Shown: in pieces, positions 9,752-18,009 of the stretch | Layout of the letters: the number at the start of each line of letters is the position of its first letter | Numbering within the stretch: the stretch's first letter is position 1 | From: Candidatus Kapaibacterium sp. | Lineage (GTDB): Bacteria; Bacteroidota; Ignavibacteria; Kapaibacteriales; UBA2268 | Reading direction: 5' to 3' | NCBI GenBank assembly: GCA_963664875.1 | Contig: OY761611.1 | Location: forward strand, 2,240,001 to 2,304,000 | DNA length: 64,000 nt | Notes under the pieces: model-generated | The model's input: only the letters and a program-made list of their open reading frames with translations | Database searches by the model: none | Told to the model about the DNA's origin: nothing | Position numbers and translations under genes: made by a program

Positions 9752-10890
9752 GTTTTAGCTTCTAAAGTAGCAATAAAGCCGTTAAACGCCAACATCCCTT
9801 TAGTTTCGGAGCTCATTGCGGCATCACGAATAATTGGTCGCATTTCTTTAGGCCATTCCTCACCATATTCTGATTCATAAAAAGTATTGCAATTGTCATT
9901 GCTTACAAAAACCCTAGACGTAGTAATTACTACCATAATATTCTTATCAATGGCATCCAATTTTTGAATGACACCCCTACTCTCACTCAATACAGTATCT
10001 ATAGTTGCTCCAAAATCATGAGATTTGTACAATGCAGTAACCGTGACAACTTTAGTAGAACTATCGCCTACCGGATCGATATAAGGCTGAGTTTTTGCAT
10101 ATTGCATAGCGAGATATAATGTATTATCATGAGATAAATGAAGATAATCGCAAACTCTATTATCCATTCGAGGTTTGGTTTGCCATGTTTTGCCTCTATC
10201 AAAAGAAACAAGCAATTTGAAGTCCCATTCATAATCAAGAGAAGGATTCTGTAAATCCTCGAATCGAACAAGTTCGACTACAACAAAGCAAGTATCTCCA
10301 AAAACATAAGATTGGACAGGATCGACGTAGTCCTTCGAATAAAACGAAGTATCATAATCTATTTTGATTACCTCTTTTTCCCAAGTTTTCCCCTTATCTG
10401 TGCTTATAGCCAATGTGTCAGGCCAGACCACACACGAAAGTGTTCCATTGTGATAATTAATCTTCCCATATATATAATTAGTATCAAACGGAAAAAAATC
10501 ATTCCCCCAAGTCTCGCCATCATCTGTGCTACGAATCACTCTGTCATTTTTTGCCTGAGCCCAAAGTTCTCCATCTCCTAAATTGATAAGATTAATAATG
10601 AAATCCGGATCCCAAAAATTTTTAAGTTTTACACTATCTCTTCTAAATACAGTTTTCCATGTCTTACCATAATCAGTTGTTTTTTCAAAATAAATATATG
10701 GCTCTAAAGCTCCTTTCACAGAGTGTGCCCAGATATAAGTGTTCGAATCAATATCTATTATTTCAGTAGTTTCTGCCCAAAGCGTATCATTCGCAGGCTG
10801 GTGAAGTTTCCATTCATTTGCAACTGCATACGTGTTTAGGGTAGCTAAAAATAATGAAGTTAAAAATACCATATTAAAAACCGCTTTCAT
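9451..10890 (-). CDS. T9SS cargo protein with BNR/Asp-box beta-propeller
   Basis: Start moved to ATG 10890 (AGGAG RBS, signal peptide MKAVFNMVFLTSLFLA). Asp-boxes TTDYGKTW, STDDGETW, STDKGKTW, SFDRGKTW; T9SS CTD ANPNP..TAGTYFL..KKIVVVK. Confidence 0.85.
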   Translation of the reverse strand: MKAVFNMVFLTSLFLATLNTYAVANEWKLHQPANDTLWAETTEIIDIDSNTYIWAHSVKGALEPYIYFEKTTDYGKTWKTVFRRDSVKLKNFWDPDFIINLINLGDGELWAQAKNDRVIRSTDDGETWGNDFFPFDTNYIYGKINYHNGTLSCVVWPDTLAISTDKGKTWEKEVIKIDYDTSFYSKDYVDPVQSYVFGDTCFVVVELVRFEDLQNPSLDYEWDFKLLVSFDRGKTWQTKPRMDNRVCDYLHLSHDNTLYLAMQYAKTQPYIDPVGDSSTKVVTVTALYKSHDFGATIDTVLSESRGVIQKLDAIDKNIMVVITTSRVFVSNDNCNTFYESEYGEEWPKEMRPIIRDAAMSSETKGMLAFNGFIATLEAKTSISELRRKINSLAANPNPVYSGASLSVSFEVQQSGDYSYSISDLSGREFELPLASEHLTAGTQHALSFNLPDYLTAGTYFLNVKHNGEVSAMKKIVVVK

Positions 10891-11055
10891 AACAACTCCT
10901 AATTTTAATAACTCAGTTTGATATATAAAGAAATACATTGTATTTACACTATATAACAACAATATCAATAAAATGTTCACAATAAAATAAAAAAATATTA
11001 GCATTGATTAGGTGAAAATATCATAGGATATGACAATAGGAAAGTGTCTTGTGAA

Positions 11056-11189
11056 ATGCACAAAAAAAACCGCAGTATTGTAAAAATAACTGCGGTTTTA
11101 GATTCTTAGATTTTATAGTAAAATCAATAAACAGAATAATCCTATCTATACACTACAAATCTGCCATTTATAAACTTATCATTTGCCAC
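11056..11189. repeat. Repeat A copy 1 (134 bp; orphan duplicate of the 3' end and terminator of the 14133..16766 gene)
   Basis: Identical to 14047..14180. Confidence 0.95.
11062..11099 (-). terminator. Intrinsic terminator within repeat A
   Basis: AAAACCGCAGT-N12-ACTGCGGTTTT, with an 8-U tail on the minus strand. Confidence 0.8.
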
Positions 11190-11209
11190 ATAGCCATTAT
11201 GATATAACC

Positions 11210-11517
11210 ATCCCACCTATTTCACTACAACAATCTTCTTCATTGCCGAAACTTCGCCGTTGTGTTTTACATTCAGGAAATATGTGCCTGCTGTAAGGTC
11301 GTCCGGCAAATTGAAACTGAGGGCGTGTTGAGTGCCTGCTGTGAGATGCTCTGAGGCAAGCGACAGCTCGAACTCTCTTCCGCTGAGGTCGCTGATTGAA
11401 TAAGAATAGTCGCCTGACTGTTGCACTTCGAATGACACGCTAAGGCTTGCGCCTAAGTAAACAGGATTAGGATTTGCCGCAAGGCTGTTTATCTTTCGCC
11501 TTAGTTCGGATATGGAG
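11210..11517. repeat. Repeat B copy 2 (~308 bp, T9SS CTD cassette)
   Basis: Matches 9444..9751. Confidence 0.95.
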
Positions 11518-12653
11518 CTTGTGCTTTCGTATCTAATGTATGCGTTTATCCTTCCTATCATTCCGTGATTTTCATCTGCCATTACCAAATCGCTAAAACT
11601 GATTATTGTTTTCGGATCTTTTATTCCTTCGGAATCTCTAAATTTTTCTAAATACCATGTTTCGCCTTTGTCTTCTGACCTTAAAGCATTATTTACAAAC
11701 ATCATATTAAATTTGTTGCCTGTTAGACATACCTTACCCCCAACAGTTGGGTACTCACCTCGAGGCGTGTCCCAAACTGTATCTATTTGGTTGGTTTCTG
11801 TGTCAAATTTTAGCAAATGCGAATATGTAGCACAACGTAAGTATGGAGTATCCTCCCCTGGTTTATACACAGTATCCTGAAGTACATAATACTCATTCAA
11901 AAAATAAATATTGCCGTCATTATCTTTTGCAACTGACTTACACACTGTTTCATCCAATCTTACAATCGAATCCCAACTTTCTCCAGAATCAGTTGATTTA
12001 TACAATACAAAATCGGAAATATAAGGCATATTGATGTAGTTGCTTCTTCTTGTTATCTTTGCAGAACTATATATATTACCATTGATGAATATCGGTGCAG
12101 AACACCAAGGTGTAAAAACATCATCCGAGCTGTGATCAATGTTGATTTTGATATTTATCTTTTCCCAAGTATCGCCAAAATCTTCAGTATAATAAAATGC
12201 ACTATCAATTCGATTGCCTGCATAAATGACATCATTCTCAACAACTATCTCCATAGAAACGTTGGCTGTTGCAGAATCACCTACCCAGCTGTGAATCCAA
12301 CTATCTCCACCGTTTGTAGTCTTCCAGAACTCTCCATAACCTTCTAATGCAAATATTGAATCCTTGCTTTTGTAGTATAGATCATATATTTGATTTTTTC
12401 CGTTCTCGGCAATTGAATCCTCCCTGAAGAAAATAGTATCCCAGGTTTGACCGTAATCTGATGTACGTTCGATATATCTGTTTTCGAGCATACCACTTGT
12501 AGAGCGGGCTATGATAAAATTGGCTGAGTCAAGAGCAGAAACATGAATTTGAAATTCTGTCCAGTTCAAATCACTTTTTTTGGTAAATATCCACTCTCCG
12601 GAATATAAAGATGATGTAATCAATAACAAGCAAAATAGTATTGTTCTTCTCAT
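11217..12653 (-). CDS. T9SS cargo protein with BNR/Asp-box beta-propeller
   Basis: Start moved to ATG 12653 (AGGAG RBS, MRRTILFCLLLITSSLYS). Asp-boxes TSDYGQTW, TTNGGDSW, TEDFGDTW, STDSGESW, SEDKGETW; CTD nearly identical to that of the neighbouring gene. Confidence 0.85.
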   Translation of the reverse strand: MRRTILFCLLLITSSLYSGEWIFTKKSDLNWTEFQIHVSALDSANFIIARSTSGMLENRYIERTSDYGQTWDTIFFREDSIAENGKNQIYDLYYKSKDSIFALEGYGEFWKTTNGGDSWIHSWVGDSATANVSMEIVVENDVIYAGNRIDSAFYYTEDFGDTWEKINIKINIDHSSDDVFTPWCSAPIFINGNIYSSAKITRRSNYINMPYISDFVLYKSTDSGESWDSIVRLDETVCKSVAKDNDGNIYFLNEYYVLQDTVYKPGEDTPYLRCATYSHLLKFDTETNQIDTVWDTPRGEYPTVGGKVCLTGNKFNMMFVNNALRSEDKGETWYLEKFRDSEGIKDPKTIISFSDLVMADENHGMIGRINAYIRYESTSSISELRRKINSLAANPNPVYLGASLSVSFEVQQSGDYSYSISDLSGREFELSLASEHLTAGTQHALSFNLPDDLTAGTYFLNVKHNGEVSAMKKIVVVK

Positions 12654-12681
12654 TCTGTTTTCTCCTGATATATATAGGAAA

Positions 12682-12705
12682 GGGTAGAGCAGAAAAGCTC
12701 TACCC
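12682..12705 (-). terminator. Intergenic hairpin (weak terminator or mRNA stabiliser)
   Basis: Perfect 9-bp stem GGGTAGAGC-N6-GCTCTACCC. Confidence 0.6.
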
Positions 12706-12725
12706 AATTTGATTTAATAAACTAA

Positions 12726-13775
12726 CTACTTAGTGATTGTAAGCATTATTGTATCGATTTTTGTTTCTTCTGCGTAGATAGATACCGTATAGGTTCCCGA
12801 GGAAAGATTGGAAATATCGTATGATGAAACATTTGAGTTTTGAGTAGTTTCAAATACAACATTACCTAATACATCTGTTACTATGATGTTGTAAACCTGT
12901 TTGCTGTAATCGTCGATCCTTACGGTCAAATTGTCATCAGCCGGATTTGGAGATACTTTTACAGTAGTTCCGATATTATCAGTAGTTGCCAATTTACCTG
13001 CACTTGCCTCAAAGTAAGTATTTAAATCAGCACAAGAGTATTTACAATCCAAATCAGGGCATACATCTTCTCCTGCATAGTCCACAACTACCTCTCTTAC
13101 ACCATTGTTTATGGTAATAGTATTCGGAGGATTAAATCCTTCATCGTATCCAAAATGCCAATAGGCTATGCAGCACGGAGAACCATCACACCCCATCATG
13201 GAAACATCAGAATGGAATATAATTTCTCCTGTTTCAGAATCGTAATGAAAAGGCATTTCCGGCCAATATTCATCTCCTTTTAAAGCAACTAATCTTTTAT
13301 CGATTGCAACAAAACCAATTTCTTCATTTTTTGATTTGCATGTTGCAGTACTTGCTACCCATACTTGTGCATCCATGGTGCTAGTGTTTTGTGTGAATTT
13401 TTCAATAAGCTTTATTTCCAAATATCCGAAGATATCTACAATGCCGTTCAAATCACGGAAACCACCATTGACCAAATCATAGAAATTATGAGTACATCCG
13501 GGCTGAGATTCGTTAATATCTACCCTCGTTACAGAAATGGCAGGTAAGCCATTAGGCATTGTTGCTATGTAATATTCGTACATAACATAACAGCCGCAAG
13601 GGAGTTGCATCATTTCGACTCTACGATCGCCCCATACAACTGTTTCATTCAAGATTTTGTCGCAAGGCGGTTTGCCTTCGAATCTTTCTTCTGTGTGAGC
13701 GAAAGTATTGGTAGGAATACCAAAAGAAAAAGCTAGCAAGATGCATAAAAGCATGAGCTGAATAAAATTTTTCAT
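12726..13775 (-). CDS. Cysteine-rich secreted protein with T9SS CTD, unknown function
   Basis: Signal peptide; about 11 Cys in the mature region (PCGC, GCDGSPCC, CPDLDCKYSC); CTD VSPNPA..DVLG..LSSGTY. Confidence 0.8.
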   Translation of the reverse strand: MKNFIQLMLLCILLAFSFGIPTNTFAHTEERFEGKPPCDKILNETVVWGDRRVEMMQLPCGCYVMYEYYIATMPNGLPAISVTRVDINESQPGCTHNFYDLVNGGFRDLNGIVDIFGYLEIKLIEKFTQNTSTMDAQVWVASTATCKSKNEEIGFVAIDKRLVALKGDEYWPEMPFHYDSETGEIIFHSDVSMMGCDGSPCCIAYWHFGYDEGFNPPNTITINNGVREVVVDYAGEDVCPDLDCKYSCADLNTYFEASAGKLATTDNIGTTVKVSPNPADDNLTVRIDDYSKQVYNIIVTDVLGNVVFETTQNSNVSSYDISNLSSGTYTVSIYAEETKIDTIMLTITK

Positions 13776-14046
13776 ACGAAAAACCTTTTTTAAATTTGTA
13801 AATATTACATTTAATTACATGGCATTTTGCAGAATGCCATGGGTGAGGATTGGCGTGTACACAATAGACCAATCCTCATTTTTTTTACGGCCATAAAAAA
13901 AATATTACAGCTAAATAAAAATCAGCTGCTATAGCGTGTACATTTATACACTAATTTGTATTCAATATATGATATTTTGTATTATTTGCAAAGTAATTTT
14001 TTAAATTATTTGAAATTTTATCAACTACTTTGCAGTTAATAAAGAT

Positions 14047-14180
14047 ATGCACAAAAAAAACCGCAGTATTGTAAAAATAACTGCGGTTTTAGATTCTTAG
14101 ATTTTATAGTAAAATCAATAAACAGAATAATCCTATCTATACACTACAAATCTGCCATTTATAAACTTATCATTTGCCAC
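14047..14180. repeat. Repeat A copy 2 (134 bp; native 3' end of the FN3-repeat gene plus terminator)
   Basis: Identical to 11056..11189; includes the codons for VANDKFINGRFVVYR-stop. Confidence 0.95.
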
Positions 14181-16766
14181 GATTGTGTAAGTGTAAACAC
14201 CCGCTACCAAGTCGCTGACATTTAGGCGAATTGTTTGTGTGCCGGCGGCTAATTGCTGCATTGGAAGAGCAATAACTTTGCTGCCTGATGCATCAAAGAT
14301 ATCCACAGTAACATTAGTTAACGTGCTTAGCTCTAAGCTAATGGAAGTTTCAGTCTGAGCCGGATTAGGATAAACATTAACATCGCCACCAAATTCCTGA
14401 TAATCAGCAACAGAAGTTTCATCTTCTGTAGTAAACGAATAAACCGGAGACCAAGTAGTTTCACCAGCTTCGTTGTATGCTTTTATTCTCCAGAAATAAG
14501 TAGTATTGTAATCCAAATCCTGTAGATAAAGGTCATTAGTCCAGTAATTTTCTTTTTCGTAAACCATGTTGCCGAACTGATTATCTTTAGCTACCTGCAC
14601 ATGGTAATACAAAGCATTTGGCACTACAGCCCATTCTAAAGTAATGTCAGTAAGCATTTCAGTAGCATTGTCAGCAGGGAATACCAAAACAACATCGCCT
14701 TCTGGAGCTTTCATAATTGTTCTAAATTTCCAGGCTTCAGACCACTGAGAGTAACCTGAATCATTAAGAGCACGAACTCTCCAGTAGTATTGAGTATTGT
14801 TTTTCAAGCCGCTATATGAAGCAGTAGTGTCTGCCAAATCTTTAAGCTCAGCAGTAAGAGTAACAAAAGCGTCGCGTTCTGCGATTTGCAATTCGTAAGA
14901 GTCCGCACCTTCAGTAGTAAACCAAGTGAAAGTGATATTAGTATCCAATTTTGTTTCGCTCTTCGCCGGGTACTCTAACATAGGTTTAGCAGGACCTGCA
15001 ATAATAGTAGTGAAAGCATAAGCTTGAGACCAAGGACCATTACCTTCTGCATTGCGAGCGTAAACTCTCCACCAATATTTAGTGTTAGGAGCAAAAATAG
15101 CAGCTTGCACGCTATTGGCAGGAATGTCTCTGACTTCAGTTACAGGATTAGCAAACAAAGAGTCAGTTGCTACTTCAACAACATAAGTTTCGGCAAGCGG
15201 CACTGATGTCCATCTGAAAAGCACATTGTGAACTACATCAATAGCACCATCAGCAGGGAAAGTAAGCTCAGGAGCACCAATAGAAGTTCTAAATTTGTGA
15301 GTTTCAGTCCATTCACTTTCGCAATCGCCAAGCATTGCTTTCACGCGCCAGAAATAATTAGTATTAAAAGTGTCAAGAGCAAAAGCAAAAGAGTTATTGA
15401 TACCTGTGAGAGTGTCCAAAATCAATAAAGTATCAACGAAGTTAGAATCTTTGCTAAGTTGCAATCTGTAGTTATCGTGAGCATCAGCAAATGACCATGC
15501 AAATTCCATAATTTTGCTGATACCTGTCATATTTTGAGCAGGGAAAGTAAGCACAGGAGCCAATAAAGCACTTGTAAAGCTATGAATTTCGCTCCATTCG
15601 CCGGTGTTTTTAGCATCCATGGCTCTAACTCTCCAGAAGAACTCATAGTTTGATCTATCAAGAGGAACAACTACAAAGTTTGTATCTATATCAGCAACAT
15701 CAAAAGCGATGTGATTGACAAAATCATTTGTATATGCTATCTGAATCTGATAAGCATCTGCATTAGGAACTTCAGTCCACTCAAAAGCAGCATTGATATC
15801 AACGCAAAGAGCTTCGTGTTCCGGCATAGTAGTAGCCGGAGCTTCGTAGCGAGTCCAAAAAGCAAAAACATCAGAGTAGTCAGACCAGCATGAGTTAGTG
15901 TCGCCTTTAACTTTCCAGAAGTACTTAGTACCTTTTGCAAGTTCGGAAACAGAGTAGCTTGTGTCAGTGGTCATGAAAATCTGAGCATCGTCGAAGTTTT
16001 CTTTGTCAGCCACCATTAACTGATAATTTTGGAACTCTACATCAGCAGACCAAAGGAGATTGACATTTACATCTAAATTAGATGCGTTATTTGCAGGAGT
16101 CAAAGCAATTGGTTTTTGAGCAGCAGTTGTAACTCTGAATGTCTGAGACCAATCAGATTTGCAGTTAAGATATTCTCTTCTGACTTTCCAGAAGTAGTCT
16201 GTCAAAAAGCCACTTAAATGTCCAATATAGAAGTTAGTGTCAACTTCTTCGAAATGGATGGTATCAGTGAAGTCAACATTTGTAGAAATCCAAATTTCGT
16301 AAGTGTTGCTTGCATCTGCTTCTGTCCAAGAGAATTCTACATTCTGAGGCAGACAGGAAGTATTGTTATCCGGCAAAGTAAGCACTACCGGCTCAGTTTC
16401 AGTAGCAAAAGTGTATTCCATAGAGTACTCAGTAGTGTAATCATCAAAAGTAGTGATTACTCTCCAGAAATAATCAGTAGAAAAGTTAGGCAAATCAACT
16501 GTAACTGCGTTAGTGTCCACAGTCTGATTTGTTACGAAAGTAGAAAAATCCTGAGCAGCAGATACCTGAAGGACATAGTTCATGACCCTGTTAGAGTCTT
16601 TTACAGTCCAAGTAAATTCTGTGGAAATTTCCTGACATATTGCATTGTTAGCAGGTGATTGCAACACAGCAGCGTCGAAGGAAAACAGACTGCCTGTGCT
16701 TACAATGCTTACCAACAGAAGCAATAAGAAGTGTCTTAATAATTTGCTATTTAGCCTCATGGCCAA
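14133..16766 (-). CDS. T9SS cargo protein with ~8 tandem fibronectin type III-like repeats
   Basis: Repeated ~90-aa unit P.L..P....F.W......Y.LQ....F...YFWRV.A....S.WS....F.T; signal peptide; CTD VYPNPA..AGVYTY. Confidence 0.88.
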   Translation of the reverse strand: MAMRLNSKLLRHFLLLLLVSIVSTGSLFSFDAAVLQSPANNAICQEISTEFTWTVKDSNRVMNYVLQVSAAQDFSTFVTNQTVDTNAVTVDLPNFSTDYFWRVITTFDDYTTEYSMEYTFATETEPVVLTLPDNNTSCLPQNVEFSWTEADASNTYEIWISTNVDFTDTIHFEEVDTNFYIGHLSGFLTDYFWKVRREYLNCKSDWSQTFRVTTAAQKPIALTPANNASNLDVNVNLLWSADVEFQNYQLMVADKENFDDAQIFMTTDTSYSVSELAKGTKYFWKVKGDTNSCWSDYSDVFAFWTRYEAPATTMPEHEALCVDINAAFEWTEVPNADAYQIQIAYTNDFVNHIAFDVADIDTNFVVVPLDRSNYEFFWRVRAMDAKNTGEWSEIHSFTSALLAPVLTFPAQNMTGISKIMEFAWSFADAHDNYRLQLSKDSNFVDTLLILDTLTGINNSFAFALDTFNTNYFWRVKAMLGDCESEWTETHKFRTSIGAPELTFPADGAIDVVHNVLFRWTSVPLAETYVVEVATDSLFANPVTEVRDIPANSVQAAIFAPNTKYWWRVYARNAEGNGPWSQAYAFTTIIAGPAKPMLEYPAKSETKLDTNITFTWFTTEGADSYELQIAERDAFVTLTAELKDLADTTASYSGLKNNTQYYWRVRALNDSGYSQWSEAWKFRTIMKAPEGDVVLVFPADNATEMLTDITLEWAVVPNALYYHVQVAKDNQFGNMVYEKENYWTNDLYLQDLDYNTTYFWRIKAYNEAGETTWSPVYSFTTEDETSVADYQEFGGDVNVYPNPAQTETSISLELSTLTNVTVDIFDASGSKVIALPMQQLAAGTQTIRLNVSDLVAGVYTYTIVANDKFINGRFVVYR

Positions 16767-16905
16767 ACTCCAAGTTGTGATTAAAACTATATATTTAGCT
16801 GTATATTACAAATTTACGGATAAATGGATAAAGTTCATTATTAATAATGTTGCATATTTGTAGCATTATTTTGTTAGTTTAGTTCTTTAATATCAAGACA
16901 TTACA

Positions 16906-16922
16906 TGCAAAAATCATACCGA
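16906..16922 (-). promoter_or_regulatory. Putative sigma-54 -24/-12 site upstream of the FN3-repeat gene
   Basis: Minus strand TCGGTATGATTTTTGCA (GG-N10-GC). A Bacteroidota-type TAAATTTG -7 box is also present at ~16809-16816. Confidence 0.35.
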
Positions 16923-17481
16923 TATATATTGGCGAAAAATAATATCAATATTTGCTATACCTTATAATATAAGACACATTTAGAGTAAAAAAGTTATTCT
17001 TGCACCCTGAATAGAGAGAAAGCAAAGAATTTGTCTATATTTTCCGTGATAGGCATACTATTGCACTTTGATATTTAAAACGATTTCTGCAATTAGCTAT
17101 GACCTTATCTGTCAATTTTATTACTATCAAATCCGATTAAAATAAAATATTCTGAAATTAAAACACTCAGCTGTCAGAATTGAATTCGAACATAGTTATT
17201 TTTTGCACAAAGAGAATCCTATATAGGCGATTTTTAGCAATTATAGGCTATTATAAAGTTTCTTTTATCTGTATTAACATTGAAATTACTTTAGACTAAA
17301 GTAGAAATAAAATACTTAGAGATGCGTATTAATAATAAGTGCCTTTGACTTTGGTATTTTCTTTTATATTACTGATAAATTGGTAGTCCCACTTTTCATA
17401 TAAACACAAAAGATGCGACTGCTTCAGTCTAATCTAAAATGGCAATCATTGTTATTATCAAATATTTTTGAGGGAATCGCT

Positions 17482-17988
17482 ATGAAAAAGAATGTTACAC
17501 TAATCTCCTTATTTGCATTTGTAGCTTTGCTGTTTGCTACGGCTTTAGCTCAAAAACCTGCACCGGCAAACGTTGCTGCGGCACTTACCGTAAAGATTGC
17601 GGGTTTTAACAAAAATCTCACAGGAGATATTACTATCTATGTTGTCGGCAATGATGACATAGCATCTGAGTTAAAAAAAGCAGTAGGCAAACCTCTCGGT
17701 GGTGGTACTTTAAAAAGTGTAACTACCGGTAGCGGAGCACCTTCTTCTAAACCATCTATTATTTTTATTTCTAATGCAGGTGCAGTTGGAGCTATTACAA
17801 AATACTCAAGAGCAAACAAAGTGCTTACAGTAACTAACGATCCGGGTATCGTTTCTGATGGTGCTACTCTTGGTGTAGTGGTTGGCGATGACGGCAAACC
17901 AAAAATCTTACTTAACCTAACTTCATCTGTAGAAGAAGGCGTAGATTGGAACCCTGCAATTATGAAAGTAGCTCAAACAATTAAGTAA
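17482..17988 (+). CDS. YfiR/HmsC family (DUF4154) periplasmic protein
   Basis: Start moved to ATG 17482 (GAGGG RBS, signal peptide). Family-like C-terminal pattern KVLTVT..VSDGATLGV...GKPKILLNL..S..EG. Confidence 0.75.
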   Translation: MKKNVTLISLFAFVALLFATALAQKPAPANVAAALTVKIAGFNKNLTGDITIYVVGNDDIASELKKAVGKPLGGGTLKSVTTGSGAPSSKPSIIFISNAGAVGAITKYSRANKVLTVTNDPGIVSDGATLGVVVGDDGKPKILLNLTSSVEEGVDWNPAIMKVAQTIK

Positions 17989-18009
17989 CAGATGTGGTTG
18001 GGATTTTAT

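Noticed and set aside
9444-11517. Repeat B pair as diversity-generating retroelement TR/VR
   Set aside because: The seven mismatches are not confined to adenines of one copy, both copies are coding, and there is no reverse transcriptase in the window.
11056-14180. Prophage, IS or CRISPR interpretation of the repeats
   Set aside because: No integrase, transposase or phage genes, no terminal inverted repeats, and only two long copies rather than a repeat-spacer array.
17051-17065. AGGCATACTATTGCA as a sigma-54 promoter for the YfiR operon
   Set aside because: GG-to-GC spacing is 9 nt rather than the required 10.
17000-17481. c-di-GMP riboswitch upstream of the YfiR/MCP operon
   Set aside because: No GEMM-type two-hairpin motif with a GNRA tetraloop and receptor was visible.
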